A stretch of 63,204 bases of DNA, the filler included, from Olpidium bornovanus S191 (Eukaryota > Fungi > Olpidiomycota): assembly GCA_017911155.1 (NCBI GenBank). It is 33 parts of 33 records of this genome, joined end to end, with 100 filler letters (N's around TTAATTAATTAA, not from the genome) between each part and the next. Parts side by side here need not be neighbours in the genome. Positions count along the whole stretch, not along the records: positions 23,212 to 24,468 come from JAEFCI010011591.1; positions 24,569 to 26,882 come from JAEFCI010006219.1; positions 26,983 to 28,110 come from JAEFCI010010537.1; positions 28,211 to 29,613 come from JAEFCI010009489.1; positions 29,714 to 31,068 come from JAEFCI010004500.1; positions 31,169 to 33,151 come from JAEFCI010009459.1; positions 33,252 to 36,255 come from JAEFCI010001719.1; 26 more parts are not named here. One strand, written 5' to 3'. The position numbers and the translations under genes are program-made. Of the stretch, positions 23,625-34,311 are shown one piece after another. A model generated the notes under the pieces. That model was not told the origin of the DNA. It did not search any database and saw nothing but the letters and a program-made list of their open reading frames with translations. Each line of letters begins with the position of its first letter. Positions within the stretch are counted from its first letter, which is position 1.

Positions 23625-24468
23625 TCAGTTCGCGTCCGCGAGCCGGATGTCGTCGTCCGGGTCGGGTTCCGCCGCGGTGATGGACTGGATCAGCCGCGCC
23701 TTCCTCATGGCACCTGTGCCGAAGGAGTCGCAGCGTTTCCGCTGGCGGACGTAGTACGACAGCGCAGACTGCAATGGGCGAGAGCGGGACCCCGGGCGTT
23801 CGGCACGCAAAAAAAAAAAAAAAAAAAATCAGCGAAACCGGGGGAAAAAAAGCAAGCCGCGCGCGCGCCCGTGCGGCAGTTTCACCTACGTGCGGCAGGC
23901 CGTTGTGCACCAGGGTGTCCTTGGGCGTGAGGTGATTGCTGGCCAGCAGGCGGTGGTCCGGGCACCACACCGAGGGTATCATGTCGCCCCAATTTTCCAG
24001 GACCGCCGTCGGAGATGATCCGCGTTTCGTCGGCTTCGCGGAACCGGGCGCCGACCACGACGAGCCCGCCGATCCCGCCGCAAGGTCGAACACGACGGCG
24101 AGCCCGGCGGCCCGCGCGCACGACACGTGGAAGTGTTTCCCGCATTGGCCGGCGCAGGCCACGCAGGCGCCGCCGGGTGAATGACAAACGTCGCAGACCT
24201 TCGTGACAAAAATCGCGTTCGCGACAACGAGTTCAGGCGAAAAAAAATTATATAAAAAAGAGCCCAAAAAGCCCCGCCAGACAGGCGCAGCCGGCTGACC
24301 TTTTCCCACCGCCATGTCGGTATGAATCCGATGTTCTCCACGGGCTCCATGCTCAAGACGTCCCCGAACTTGACCTCCGGGATCCACGCCGCGCAGAGCA
24401 GGTGCGCCCAGTTGTTGCCCACCGTCGGTTTGAGCGCTTGCGGGTAGAAGGGAGAGGCTGTCACGTCC
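23625..24468 (-). CDS. SNT2: Snt2-like extended PHD (zf-HC5HC2H) protein fragment
   Basis: LKPTVGNNWAHLLCAAWIPEVKFG...MEPVENI-VCDVC...GACVAC..CGKHFHVSCA...WCPDH-SALSYYVRQRK...GAMRKA. Exons 24468-24300, 24198-23890 and 23768-23625. Confidence 0.75.
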
Positions 24469-24746
24469 NNNNNNNNNNNNNNNNNNNNNNNNNNNNNNNN
24501 NNNNNNNNNNNNTTAATTAATTAANNNNNNNNNNNNNNNNNNNNNNNNNNNNNNNNNNNNNNNNNNNNACACCCCGTTCTTCTCCCCGATTCTTTTTCCA
24601 AATGAAAAAAAGAACGCAAACATTCGAATCCCTCTCATTAGCCAAGGCTCAAGCCAACGGTTGCCCGCGAACCCTTTAAATAAGGCATGTTTTGAGGGAT
24701 TTTCTCGACATACGTACCTCCTGCGGGTCAAAGCTGCCTAGATTCG

Positions 24747-25011
24747 CAAAACAATAAAACTTTCAACGTCGAATCCACTCGTTTTTCCCTAGTTTTGTGG
24801 CACATTTCAGATGACATGTCACAGAAGGAACCGCTAACGTTTTGGGAAATCTGCAAATATTGGTCGACAAGGTAGGAATTCCTACCAAGTTGCGCTAACA
24901 TCTGCGAATTCTCAAAAAATTTAGCGGTTCCTTGTGTGAGATGAAACTTGAAATGTGCCACAAAACCAGGAAAAAACGAGTGGATTCGACGATGAAAGTT
25001 TTGTTGTTTTG
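24747..25011. repeat. 265-bp degenerate palindrome (foldback/MITE-like)
   Basis: Arms 24748-24810 and 24948-25010 are reverse complements with about 5 mismatches in 63 nt. Weaker pairing continues inward to a perfect GGTAGGAATTCCTACC centre at 24871-24886. Confidence 0.9.
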
Positions 25012-25369
25012 AACCTGACTCCTGCAAACACAAACGGCCCCCGCCCGCGCTTGCTTTTTTGCGCTCTTTCGTACGTCGCAAAAGTTCTTCCGCAAATTCC
25101 CTCTTCCCCCTCCCCACAACACCACGCGTATTTTTTTTTGCACTTTTGCAGCACGGCGTGTCAACGTGTGTGGGAAGTAAACGCAGCGCAATCTCATTCC
25201 CATTCCCCCTTTCCCCCTCCCCCGTCCTTAACGTTCGTCCTCGTTCAAGCCCCGCCGCACGTTCCAGCGCGGTTCCGGGCTGTACGATGATGCCGCGTGC
25301 CTGTTAATTTGGGTAAAATGGGTGTCTCCCCTTTTTGCGTTAGAGACAGATTTACGCGCTGTAATGCAG

Positions 25370-25405
<36 letters not shown>

Positions 25406-26352
25406 CGGGCGACCGGGTTTTCACGACCCAGGCGGGCGGGGCCCACCTTCCACGTAAAATTCCCGGCCCCCCACCTCTCATTCGCGAAATTCCCCGTCCC
25501 CCGCGCTGCGCTTTCTGCCCCACGCCATTCTGCCGTTGCCGGCCGCCGTGGCAGCATGCCATGCGCGCGCTTCCCTCCCGCGTCGGCGCCGCCTTCCGGC
25601 AGCCCGGCGTATTCTATTTTGCAATTGCGGCCCGGTTTCCCGCACAGGCACCTTGCTCGCGCGCACCTCGACGCTCTCCGATTTCCGCAGGCCAAAGGTG
25701 CAAACGCATTCATCGCAGCAGCGCCCGTGCGTGCAAAGTGTTGGTCAAGAGCGACGGGGATTTGGGGTCGCGGGATGGTCGAGCGGAGGAGCCCATGGCG
25801 AAGGCGTCACGTCGCACGCCGCGAAAGCGCTCAAAGGTGGAAAGTTTTCCGGCCCACGAGTGAATTACGCGGATCAAGGCTCAGTTACAAAGTGAGGCTC
25901 CCTACTCCGCTCGTTTAGAACATTTACAGGCAGAGTTTGACCGTCGTTCAAAAGGAGTTGTTTGAATGGGATATTAGCGCCCGGGAAAAAAGGGGAAGGA
26001 GGAGGAGGGGGGGGAAAGGGGGGGGGGGGGGGAGGAACGGAAGGGAAAGTGAAATTCCGGAAGCTGCTGAATTAGGCCGCGACGGAACGTTTTTTTAAAA
26101 GTTTGTTGTGTTTGGAACTCGGAAAGACGGTTGGCTGGTTGCGGCTTCGGTCTCAATAGCGGGAAGTGAAAGGGGGGGGAAGGGAGAAAGAGAGAGAGAC
26201 AAGGGTAAGGTGGGGGGGGCGGAGGGGGGCAATCAAGTTGCTAGGGTAATGTTTGCCGTAGTAAAGTACAATGTGAGCATGTGCGTGTTATTAGGGATGG
26301 CGCGAAAAAAAAAACGCGCGGGCGATCGGCTGCCGTTGTTTGGCAAAACGGC

Positions 26353-26788
26353 TCATGCGGGCGACAACCGGGCGCCACTGGGGTAGCTTTCGAGGGCGGA
26401 ATAGCGCCCGGAGCTCAACGGCCAGGCCTTCCCGTCGCCGGGCGTGTTTGATATCGGGAGGAACCATAGGTACCAAGGCTCGCCCATAACCTTCATGGAG
26501 GAGCCGTGATGCCAAGCGGCAAAACAAGCAATTGTCTTTGTTATTAAGAAAAACATGGAAAGAAAAACAAACCAAACAAAAAAAGGCGGCTAAACGGCGA
26601 AATCGACCGGCTTTGGAGGGAACAGCGGAGAAGCCACACACCTGAATCCAATTTCTTTTTTTCCCCACGTCGAAGAGATTCAAATTGTTCGACGAGGCCC
26701 GGTCTCCGTCTATTCGGTAAACGTGCTTCTGGGACGTTTCTATGGTCGTCTGATTGCTGAGGACCATGTACGTGTGGTACGCGGCAAA
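26353..26788 (-). CDS. DHHC palmitoyltransferase (PFA3/ZDHHC2-like), C-terminal exons
   Basis: FAAYHTYMVLSNQTTIE...NLFDVGKKRNWIQ-VMGEPWYLWFLPISNTPGDG contains the TTxE motif and the PaCCT-like N.FD.G...NW.QV motif. Exons 26788-26642 and 26490-26353. Confidence 0.88.
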
Positions 26789-27639
26789 CTGAAAATGGAA
26801 CACGCATCTAACGTCAGCTGTTTCGGGAGCGCCTGTCCGAGAACGCAACCGCCCATCCGACGATCAACCGTACCGCAAGCAGNNNNNNNNNNNNNNNNNN
26901 NNNNNNNNNNNNNNNNNNNNNNNNNNTTAATTAATTAANNNNNNNNNNNNNNNNNNNNNNNNNNNNNNNNNNNNNNNNNNNNCATGCATTATAGGAAAAG
27001 AGTTGTGATGCCGCTCAGACTTCCCGCGGCGGTGAGATAGATAGATATACAGGGAATGCGCCCATCTCCTCGCGGCTTGCCTCCCTCCAGCTCCCGCGCG
27101 GGCCTCCTCTGACTACGCCCCGCCGCACGTCGCCATCCTCCTCCACGGCCAGGTCCACCTCGTACGTCATTCCGCCCCTCTTCCCTCGAAGAGCTTGACG
27201 GCGCTTCCCGGCGGACCCTCCGCCGAAGGGGAGTCCCGTCCAGCTCCCCGAAGAGCGTGTGTCCCGCGTTCCGGTTAAACCTCCGCCAACCACGTTAAGG
27301 CCCAACCCACTTCTTGTCGAATTTCCTCTCGGAAACGGAACTGGTTCTCCAGGCAACGAGTTTTTTTTTTTTTTTTCTACCAGCGTCCAGTCGCCCTCCA
27401 CCAGTGCCCTCCTCGGCTGGAGCGGCCGCCGCTCGTCAGCATCCTCCCTTCATCCGCTCGCGGTAACGCCTCATCTGCTCCTGTGCCCTCTCCAGATTAT
27501 CCTCCCTCTGCTCCAACCGCCAAATCTGAAGCCTAGGAAACTCCTCGCGACTATCCCCGTCCCGCCACTTGACCCCGGTCCAGCCCACAACGTCGTCCTC
27601 CACCGGCAGCCGTAGGCGATCCCCGTTACAGGAGCTGAA

Positions 27640-28050
27640 CTGGCGCGAATCCCGTCTAACTACGGTGCCCTATTTCTGTCGGGAATTTTACTTTACGTTG
27701 CCGATCGATGCGTCCGACGCAAGCATTGGTGCCTTCTGTCACCAATTGCGCCTGAAGGTCTCTATCACGTCATCGTTTACACGTCCTGTTCCCTTGACCC
27801 TTGCGAAGTTGAAATATACTACCCAAACGAAGAAAGCTTTGCTATCATCTGGGTGTGTGACTACTTCCGCCCCTACCTGCTCGGTGACCCGTTCACCATC
27901 AAAACTGATCACCAGTCGCTATAATGGATGCTTTCGGGGGAAAAAAGGCCGTATCGCACGTTGGGTGCTTTGAATCGCTGAGTTCGAGTTTACGATTAAG
28001 CATCGGAAGGGTTCCGCAAATGCTGACGCTGATGCCCTGTCTCGACATCG
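27640..28050 (+). mobile_element. Decayed Ty3/gypsy pol (RNase H) fragment
   Basis: DASDASIGA..., then after a frameshift AIIWVCDYFRPYLLGDPFTIKTDHQSL*WMLSGKKGRIARWVL*IAEFEFTIKHRKGSANADADALSR. Confidence 0.9.
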
Positions 28051-28282
28051 TATTGATACCGCGCGGGTCCCCATCGTTGCCGCTCCACTCATTGTACCGA
28101 CGCCACATGGNNNNNNNNNNNNNNNNNNNNNNNNNNNNNNNNNNNNNNNNNNNNTTAATTAATTAANNNNNNNNNNNNNNNNNNNNNNNNNNNNNNNNNN
28201 NNNNNNNNNNGGTGAGGACACCTTGCTGCAAAAAACGCCGCTCAAAAGCCGAATCGATGGCCTAATTTGGACTCTTTCTCAC

Positions 28283-29267
28283 CCTCTCCAGCATCAACGG
28301 GTACGAGGGCGCTCGGGGGATGTTGATCCTTATGTTCGCAAACGTACGGGGTATCAAGTCGATGGGGACGTTGTTACGGATCATGAGAACGACCAGTCCT
28401 GTGACGTTGAAGTAACACAAGTAGCGGCTTAGTCTGGCTCGAGACATGCTTCAGAACGGGCGTTCCGCCGGATTATATCCGACTTTGGAGATTGCGAACG
28501 GCGACCACTCACCAATCATCTTCCGGATCTGGTTAAGCATAAATGATTGCCCGTCGATCTTTACGCTGATCCACTCCATGCCATCTATAACGACGGGATC
28601 GTCAACCTAATGGTAGAACGGAAGAGCAGCGGAACGCAAACGAAACCAAAAACGGAGAAAACCGCCAAAAAGCAAGCAAAAATGATGACGATGATGATGT
28701 TGACAATGAAAAGATGAGAAAACGGCGAGCCGCGAATGAAACCGACAGAAGATTTCCACTCCTACCGGACAGTGGGATCTCCCCGCACCTTCACGTTCTT
28801 GATGAACCTGCGTGAGCTTTGGTCGTCGAACTTCTGGCCGGGCGCGTAGTTGTGGAAGTTGTGCGACCCGACGTACGCGGCCATGTACGCTCGGAGCGCA
28901 GCCAGGCTCCGCGCAGGCAGGCGGAAGGAGGTGATGGCGTCGACCTGCTCGGGGGTGAAACTGCGGCCCACCGCGCCTTCTGGCCACTCGCCCTCTTCTT
29001 CGTCTTGCGCGGCGGCGGCCGGCGGCGCGTCCGGCTCCCGAAAGCGCGAAGCGACAGCGTCGGCCTGTCCGGGTGCTAAACTGCAGTTCGTCGCGTCTTC
29101 CGCGCGCTCGGCCTCCTCATCGCCTTTCGCGGGGACCGGCATTGCGTCCGGCTCCCGAGGGCATCCGAACTGCACGTCCGACATGGCGTACGTCGGCATG
29201 AAGTACTCGTACATCCGCGACGCGCAGTGATTCTTCGGGTGGAAGGACTTGGCGACGCGCATGAAAT
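28283..29267 (-). CDS. PUS1: tRNA pseudouridine synthase 1, internal exons
   Basis: RVAKSFHPKNHCASRMYEYFMPT...YVGSHNFHNY...SSRRFIK-...WISVKIDGQSFMLNQIRKMIG-LVVL...INIPRAPSYPLMLER. Confidence 0.92.
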
Positions 29268-29613
29268 CTGAAAAAAAACGGCGGGAAGAAAAAACATTAA
29301 AAACAAAAAAATTTCTCCCGGGAATTCTCTCTCAACGCCGGGAGGGGTGACCGGTTGTAGAGCTCAAGGAAAAATAAATAAAAAACTGAAAAGCGTATGA
29401 AATCTTAGAGACGGCGGGAATTCTCTCTTAACGCCGGGAGGGGTGACTGTTTGTGGAGCTCAAGGAAAAATAAATAAAAAAACTGAAAAGCGCATGAAAT
29501 CTTAAAGACGGCGAAAAGAATTAAAGAACAGAAAAAAAAATTATTTTCGCGCTAATTCTCTCTCGGCGCGAAGAGGGACGACCGTTTCCGGAGCTTAAAT
29601 AGAAAAAAAGAAA
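29257..29613. repeat. Triplicated intron/exon-junction repeat (about 97-136 bp units) in a PUS1 intron
   Basis: Near-identical 97-bp units at 29320 and 29416 plus a degenerate third copy. GCG(C/T)ATGAAATCT recurs at 29257, 29393 and 29490. Confidence 0.9.
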
Positions 29614-29713
29614 NNNNNNNNNNNNNNNNNNNNNNNNNNNNNNNNNNNNNNNNNNNNTTAATTAATTAANNNNNNNNNNNNNNNNNNNNNNNNNNNNNNN
29701 NNNNNNNNNNNNN

Positions 29714-30554
29714 CATGAACTTCAATGCCTGATGTGGTAACGGCAGTGAGGAGGGTTTTGATGACCTGCAGCTGAACCGCTTCTTCGCCGGGCTGGAAGC
29801 AGGAACATATCCGGTGCACCATATCGTCAATTAGATGAGGTGTCACAAAGGGTGGCAAAGCTGCGGCAGAGGATCCAGACACGAGGTTTGCAACGCCAAT
29901 CAAGCTGGCCAAGGAGCCGGCCACAGGCTGTCGTGCAAGGTCCGACACGCTGGATGTCCGCGTGGCTCCCGTCGTCCCTGCCGAGGAGTCAGCGTCCTTG
30001 GCGTGGATATCTGCCAATGGCTGCGCGCCGCGGAAGCTCTTCCGGGCAATCAGATTGTGGAGACACACCAAAGCGAGCTCCTGCGTCTTCGCCGGCAGTG
30101 CGCAACTCAGCGCCACGCGGAACGGCTGCCAGTACACGAAATTGTCTGTGTCCGTATGATCCGCGGTAATCCCGCCCGCGCCTGCTGAGTTCTGCGAAGT
30201 CGCCGGCAAAGCTCCCGGCTGCTGGGCTTCTTTTGGTAAACCCGGTGTTAACGGCGACGCGGAATCATGAAGCACAACAAAGGACGCCTTTGGTGTCTCC
30301 GCTGCCGCTGATCCGAGGGTCGGCGGAGTCGATAAAGCCTGCGACGCGGACCTCTCGTCGGCAGACACGGAATGGCCTGCGGAGGCATCCCCAACTCCAC
30401 TCCCTGGTGCCTTCGCTGCCGCCGCCGCCCCGTTCGCCTTCTCTGTCTCCCTTCTTAGGGTGTCAAGTGCCTTCGTGCAAGCCTCGTACAGCTCTTTTTG
30501 TCTTGTGGGATGCGCATCCTGGAGAAGCTTTTCGAAGGCCTTGGCAATACTCAT
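29714..30554 (-). CDS. SEC7: Large Arf-GEF Sec7/BIG, N-terminal DCB domain (truncated)
   Basis: KAFEKLL...KELYEACTKALDTL...YWQPFRVAL...ELALVCLHNLIA...LIDDMVHRICSCF...AVQLQVIKTLLTAVT. Confidence 0.85.
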
Positions 30555-31248
30555 ACGACCTCGACAAATGCGAACCTAAGCTGGTCGCTGGGACTGAAGG
30601 GGGCGCGGACAACCGCCCGTTAGCAGAGGGACCCGGTCGACCGGCGGACGCGAAGGGAGCTTTGAGATGATCCAGCCGGGTTGCCAAGGACTTTAGGCGG
30701 CCAAAACGCGGCGGCGCGGGGCCTACCTGCGTCACGCACTCCCGCCTTTCCTGAGTGGCGAGCTGCCTCGGCAGGCCAAGCCGCAGCGCGCTCGCTTGCT
30801 GGAGCGGTGCGGGGAGTCGGCCCCGCTTTGCCTCCAGCCAGGCGCGTGTCTGCCGATCGCTTGCAGGAGGCCTGTGTGAGTGCGTTGGCTGTGCGTCGCC
30901 GGCCTTGCTTTCCTCTCAGGCTCGGTTGGTCGAAACGGCCCGTAGGGAACATAGGACGGCGGAGCTGGCCAATTCCCCACCCACCACCACCATTCCACAC
31001 CTGCCCGCCCATTCTCGCACCGTTGCTTCGACGCTTTCCGCGCCGGCTGGCGCAGCACGCACTGCATGNNNNNNNNNNNNNNNNNNNNNNNNNNNNNNNN
31101 NNNNNNNNNNNNTTAATTAATTAANNNNNNNNNNNNNNNNNNNNNNNNNNNNNNNNNNNNNNNNNNNNCCCGAAAACAAAACATGATGCAAATCCCAGAA
31201 AACCACTTCACTGGTGCTCCTTTTCCACGTCTGTGTATTGTTACGTAC

Positions 31249-32307
31249 AGTTCCTTGATTCACCAAGTCGAAGTGTCAGGTCACAAAACAGAAGTGTTGG
31301 GGGCAAGGAAATGACGGGCAACCATTTCTGATCATCTTTTTAACGGGCGACGACGACGGGTTACAATAGGATACAAATTCGCCTCGGCGCTTCCGGTGCG
31401 CCTGAAACGTCCGGCCTCCAGCCAGCCGCTCACCTGCCGCTGACTGCGCACCCGTGGCCGACGACGAAGCTTGTCTGTTCGGCTCAATCGCTTCCAGCAT
31501 GCCTCCTCCGCCGTACCGCGACCCGCTGCGGCTGTACATCACCTTGCTGTTGAGAGCCTGCAACATCTGCGCCTTCACAATAGTCGGGTCGACGCAGAAG
31601 GAACCGACGATTTGTACGTAGCACCAGAGGATGTTACATTTCGCGCCCGATTCGCGCTGTCGTGGCGCAGGAGGCCGGGGCGGCAGCGGCGGTTCGCCGG
31701 CGCGGCGCGCTGCCGCCGCCGACGAGTCCGGCGAAGCGAAAGCTTTCCGGTCGGGGATTTCGGGAGGACAATCTGGGGGCGACGAAGAGCTTCCGCCGGC
31801 ACGGGCTTCGGTCGCAGAGAGGAACGCGGAGGGGAGCGCGGAAGGGACGTCGTCCGAGCTGCCGCCGCCTCCGTGCGGGACCGCCGCCTCCGCGCCGGGC
31901 GGCGCGTCCGCGTCCCCTTCGCCGTCCGGAAGGTCGTCCCACCCCTGGTCCGCGCCGGTGATGTACGACAGGGTGCTGCTGGCGATCGACGCGACCGACG
32001 CCGACCTGCGCATCAGCGCGCCGAAGATGGAGAACGACGACGGCTCCGCCTGCCTCCGGGGGCCGTCGGCGGCCGCGTCCGCGTCCGCCCGCAGCGACCT
32101 CAGCTCCGCAGGCGTCGCCTTCGCGCGGCCGGGCCTGGCGGTCGTCGCCGCCGCCGCCGCCGCCGCTGCCGCCGCCGCCCCCGCCGGTGGGAGGAAGTGG
32201 CCCTCGGCGGCGGTCTCCCCGCCGCCGTTCGCGAAGGTGAGGCGGCACCTCAGGCTGTCCCCCGCGTAGCACACGGCGTGGTTGTCGATCTGGACCGTGC
32301 ACAGCAT
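31249..32307 (-). CDS. RGP1: Rgp1 (Ric1-Rgp1 Rab6 GEF subunit), 5' part
   Basis: MLCTVQIDNHAVCYAGDSLRCRLTFAN...ILWCYVQIVGSFCVDPTIVK...GGGGML; intron 31433-31336; then DDQKWLPVISLPPTLLFCDLTLRLGESR. Confidence 0.85.
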
Positions 32308-32339
32308 TCGGCACGGGTCGCGGCGGCGGGTTCCTGGGG

Positions 32340-32373
<34 letters not shown>

Positions 32374-32964
32374 CCGTCTGTCGCATCGGGGGGTGAGAGG
32401 GGGAAAGTGTCTTGGGCGCCCGGCCTTGTTCTCTCCCATGGACTTCCCCCGCCGCGGACGCTCGCCACCGCCCGCGCGGAGACGACGCAGGAACGACGTC
32501 CCGCTCGCACCTCGGCTTCAATGGCAAAACGCTGGTGGACCGGGCGAGAGACACCAGAGGGAAAAAGAGCAGCAAAGCCGCCGTTTATCGAAATGCTTTC
32601 AGGTGATCCCTTGGAGTAAGACTGACGGGTTTTGAGCCCGGAGGCGGCAAAGCCGGCCCCTTTCCACGCGGCGGGCGTGCGCGGGACGGCACAAGCCTGG
32701 ATCGCCAGATGGCGTGCCTGCCTACTGTATACCAGGCCTGTTCGGGCCGGGCCCCACCTGAAACGTTTGAAGGTCGGTCGACATTTTTTGCTTGACGCTG
32801 CGTCAGCTTCTCACGTCGACGCGAAAAGCAGAATTACGGCGGGAAGCCCCCGGGCTTGTGACGAAAATGTCCGCTTTTGCTGTCGCGCGCTCCACGGGCT
32901 CAAACAGAGCGGAAGGGTTTGGAACATGCGGAGTTGACCCGTTTGAGCCTCACTCAGCTACATT

Positions 32965-33151
32965 CTGAGTCGTGCGTTTACGTGCCAGCGAGATCAAGTT
33001 AAAACCGAGACGGTGACAGATTCAAGACGGCATGACTAGTAGTGTGTCAAATACATTGACGGCATTATCATTGCCGGTCACGACAGAGAGCTCGTTGCCG
33101 GATACGAAAACAATTTCAACTAGAGCAAGTTCAATATGTCAGACAGGAGTC
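32965..33151 (+). mobile_element. Decayed Ty1/copia reverse transcriptase fragment
   Basis: SESCVYV, then a frameshift and stops, then YIDGIIIAGHDRELVAGYENNFN*SKFNMSD. This resembles copia D.CVY...YVDDIIIAG...F.M.DLG. Confidence 0.5.
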
Positions 33152-33284
33152 NNNNNNNNNNNNNNNNNNNNNNNNNNNNNNNNNNNNNNNNNNNNTTAAT
33201 TAATTAANNNNNNNNNNNNNNNNNNNNNNNNNNNNNNNNNNNNNNNNNNNNCCCCGCCGCTCGCCGCCGCCGCCGCCGCTCGCC

Positions 33285-33447
33285 GCCATCGGCACCCGCA
33301 GCTCTTCGGTTCTGCTCGGCTCGGCTTCGCCATCGGCACACGCAGCCTTTCGGTTTCGCTCGGCTCGGCCTTGCCATCGGCACCCACAGCTTTTCGGCTT
33401 CGCTCCGGCTTCGCCCGGCTCGGCTTCGCCATCGGCACCGGCAGCTC
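33285..33447. repeat. GC-rich minisatellite, 44/44/55-bp units plus a partial fourth
   Basis: GCCATCGGCAC starts at 33285, 33329, 33373 and 33428. The intervening sequences are homologous to each other. Confidence 0.9.
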
Positions 33448-33899
33448 CCAGACCACAGGTCATTTACCACCCCCGAGGCCAACACAGCCCCAAAGGCCAC
33501 CGCCCCGGGGCCAACACAGCCCCGAGGGACCCACTGGGTCCGCCCTGCTACTGCATGGCGCTAGCTCACTGGCTAATACAACAGCCCGTAAGGGCGTTCG
33601 TCTATCTGTATCTATGCATGGGAACTCAGTGTCTCGCTGAGCGGCCCCCACCATCTGCGCCATCTCGGCGCTCCAGCTCTGCGTTATGGCGGGGCTCTGC
33701 GCCGTTGCCGCGGCGCTCCCCGTCGCCATTGCGGGGCGCGGCGGCATCTCGGCGCCCCTTCTGGCGGCGCTCTGCGCCGCCGTCTCGGCGCTCCTTCTCT
33801 GCGCCGCCATCTCGGGGCCTCTTCTCTGCGCCGTTGTGGCGCTCTCCGCCGCCGCAGCGGCGCTCGCAATACTGGATATTGCGCACCGGTACGGGCCGC

Positions 33900-34141
33900 A
33901 CTATCTAGAACACACAACACCGCATAACTGCCCCGGCGCCGGCAGTGGGCTGCCCCTATATAAAGTGCCTATGCCCTACGTACCTTTAGACGTAGAGAAC
34001 AAGATCCAGAACAACAACACAGAACTAGACAGCTAGTTCACTTCCAGATCCAGATCTAGATCCTAGAGCTAGACTTGTGGAATACAATCTCCAGACCGCG
34101 CACTTGCGCAGATTAGGTACTCCACTTGTTACACTTCCCCC
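33900..34141. mobile_element. LTR-like terminus with adjacent polypurine tract
   Basis: CCTATATAAAG at 33955-33965, AATACA at 34081 and TGTTACA at 34127-34133, followed by CTTCCCCC (minus strand GGGGGAAG|TGTAACA). Confidence 0.5.
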
Positions 34142-34263
34142 ATTTGAGATTTTCGTTTTCTGCTTTTCCGGTTTAAACCAAGCTGAGTCAGCGGTGCCAT
34201 AATGGCGGAAGCAATGGCAGCGTGTCGTGCCATACCTGGTGGTCCATAACGGGGGGGGAGCCC

Positions 34264-34311
34264 CGTTGTGATCAGCTGTTGAACAATCCTCGTTGTGATC
34301 AGCTGTTGAAC
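34264..34311. repeat. 27-bp-period tandem duplication
   Basis: CGTTGTGATCAGCTGTTGAAC at 34264 and 34291. Confidence 0.9.

Noticed and set aside
33285-33447. CRISPR-like array
   Set aside because: The would-be spacers are homologous to each other, there are no cas genes, and the context is eukaryotic. It is a minisatellite.
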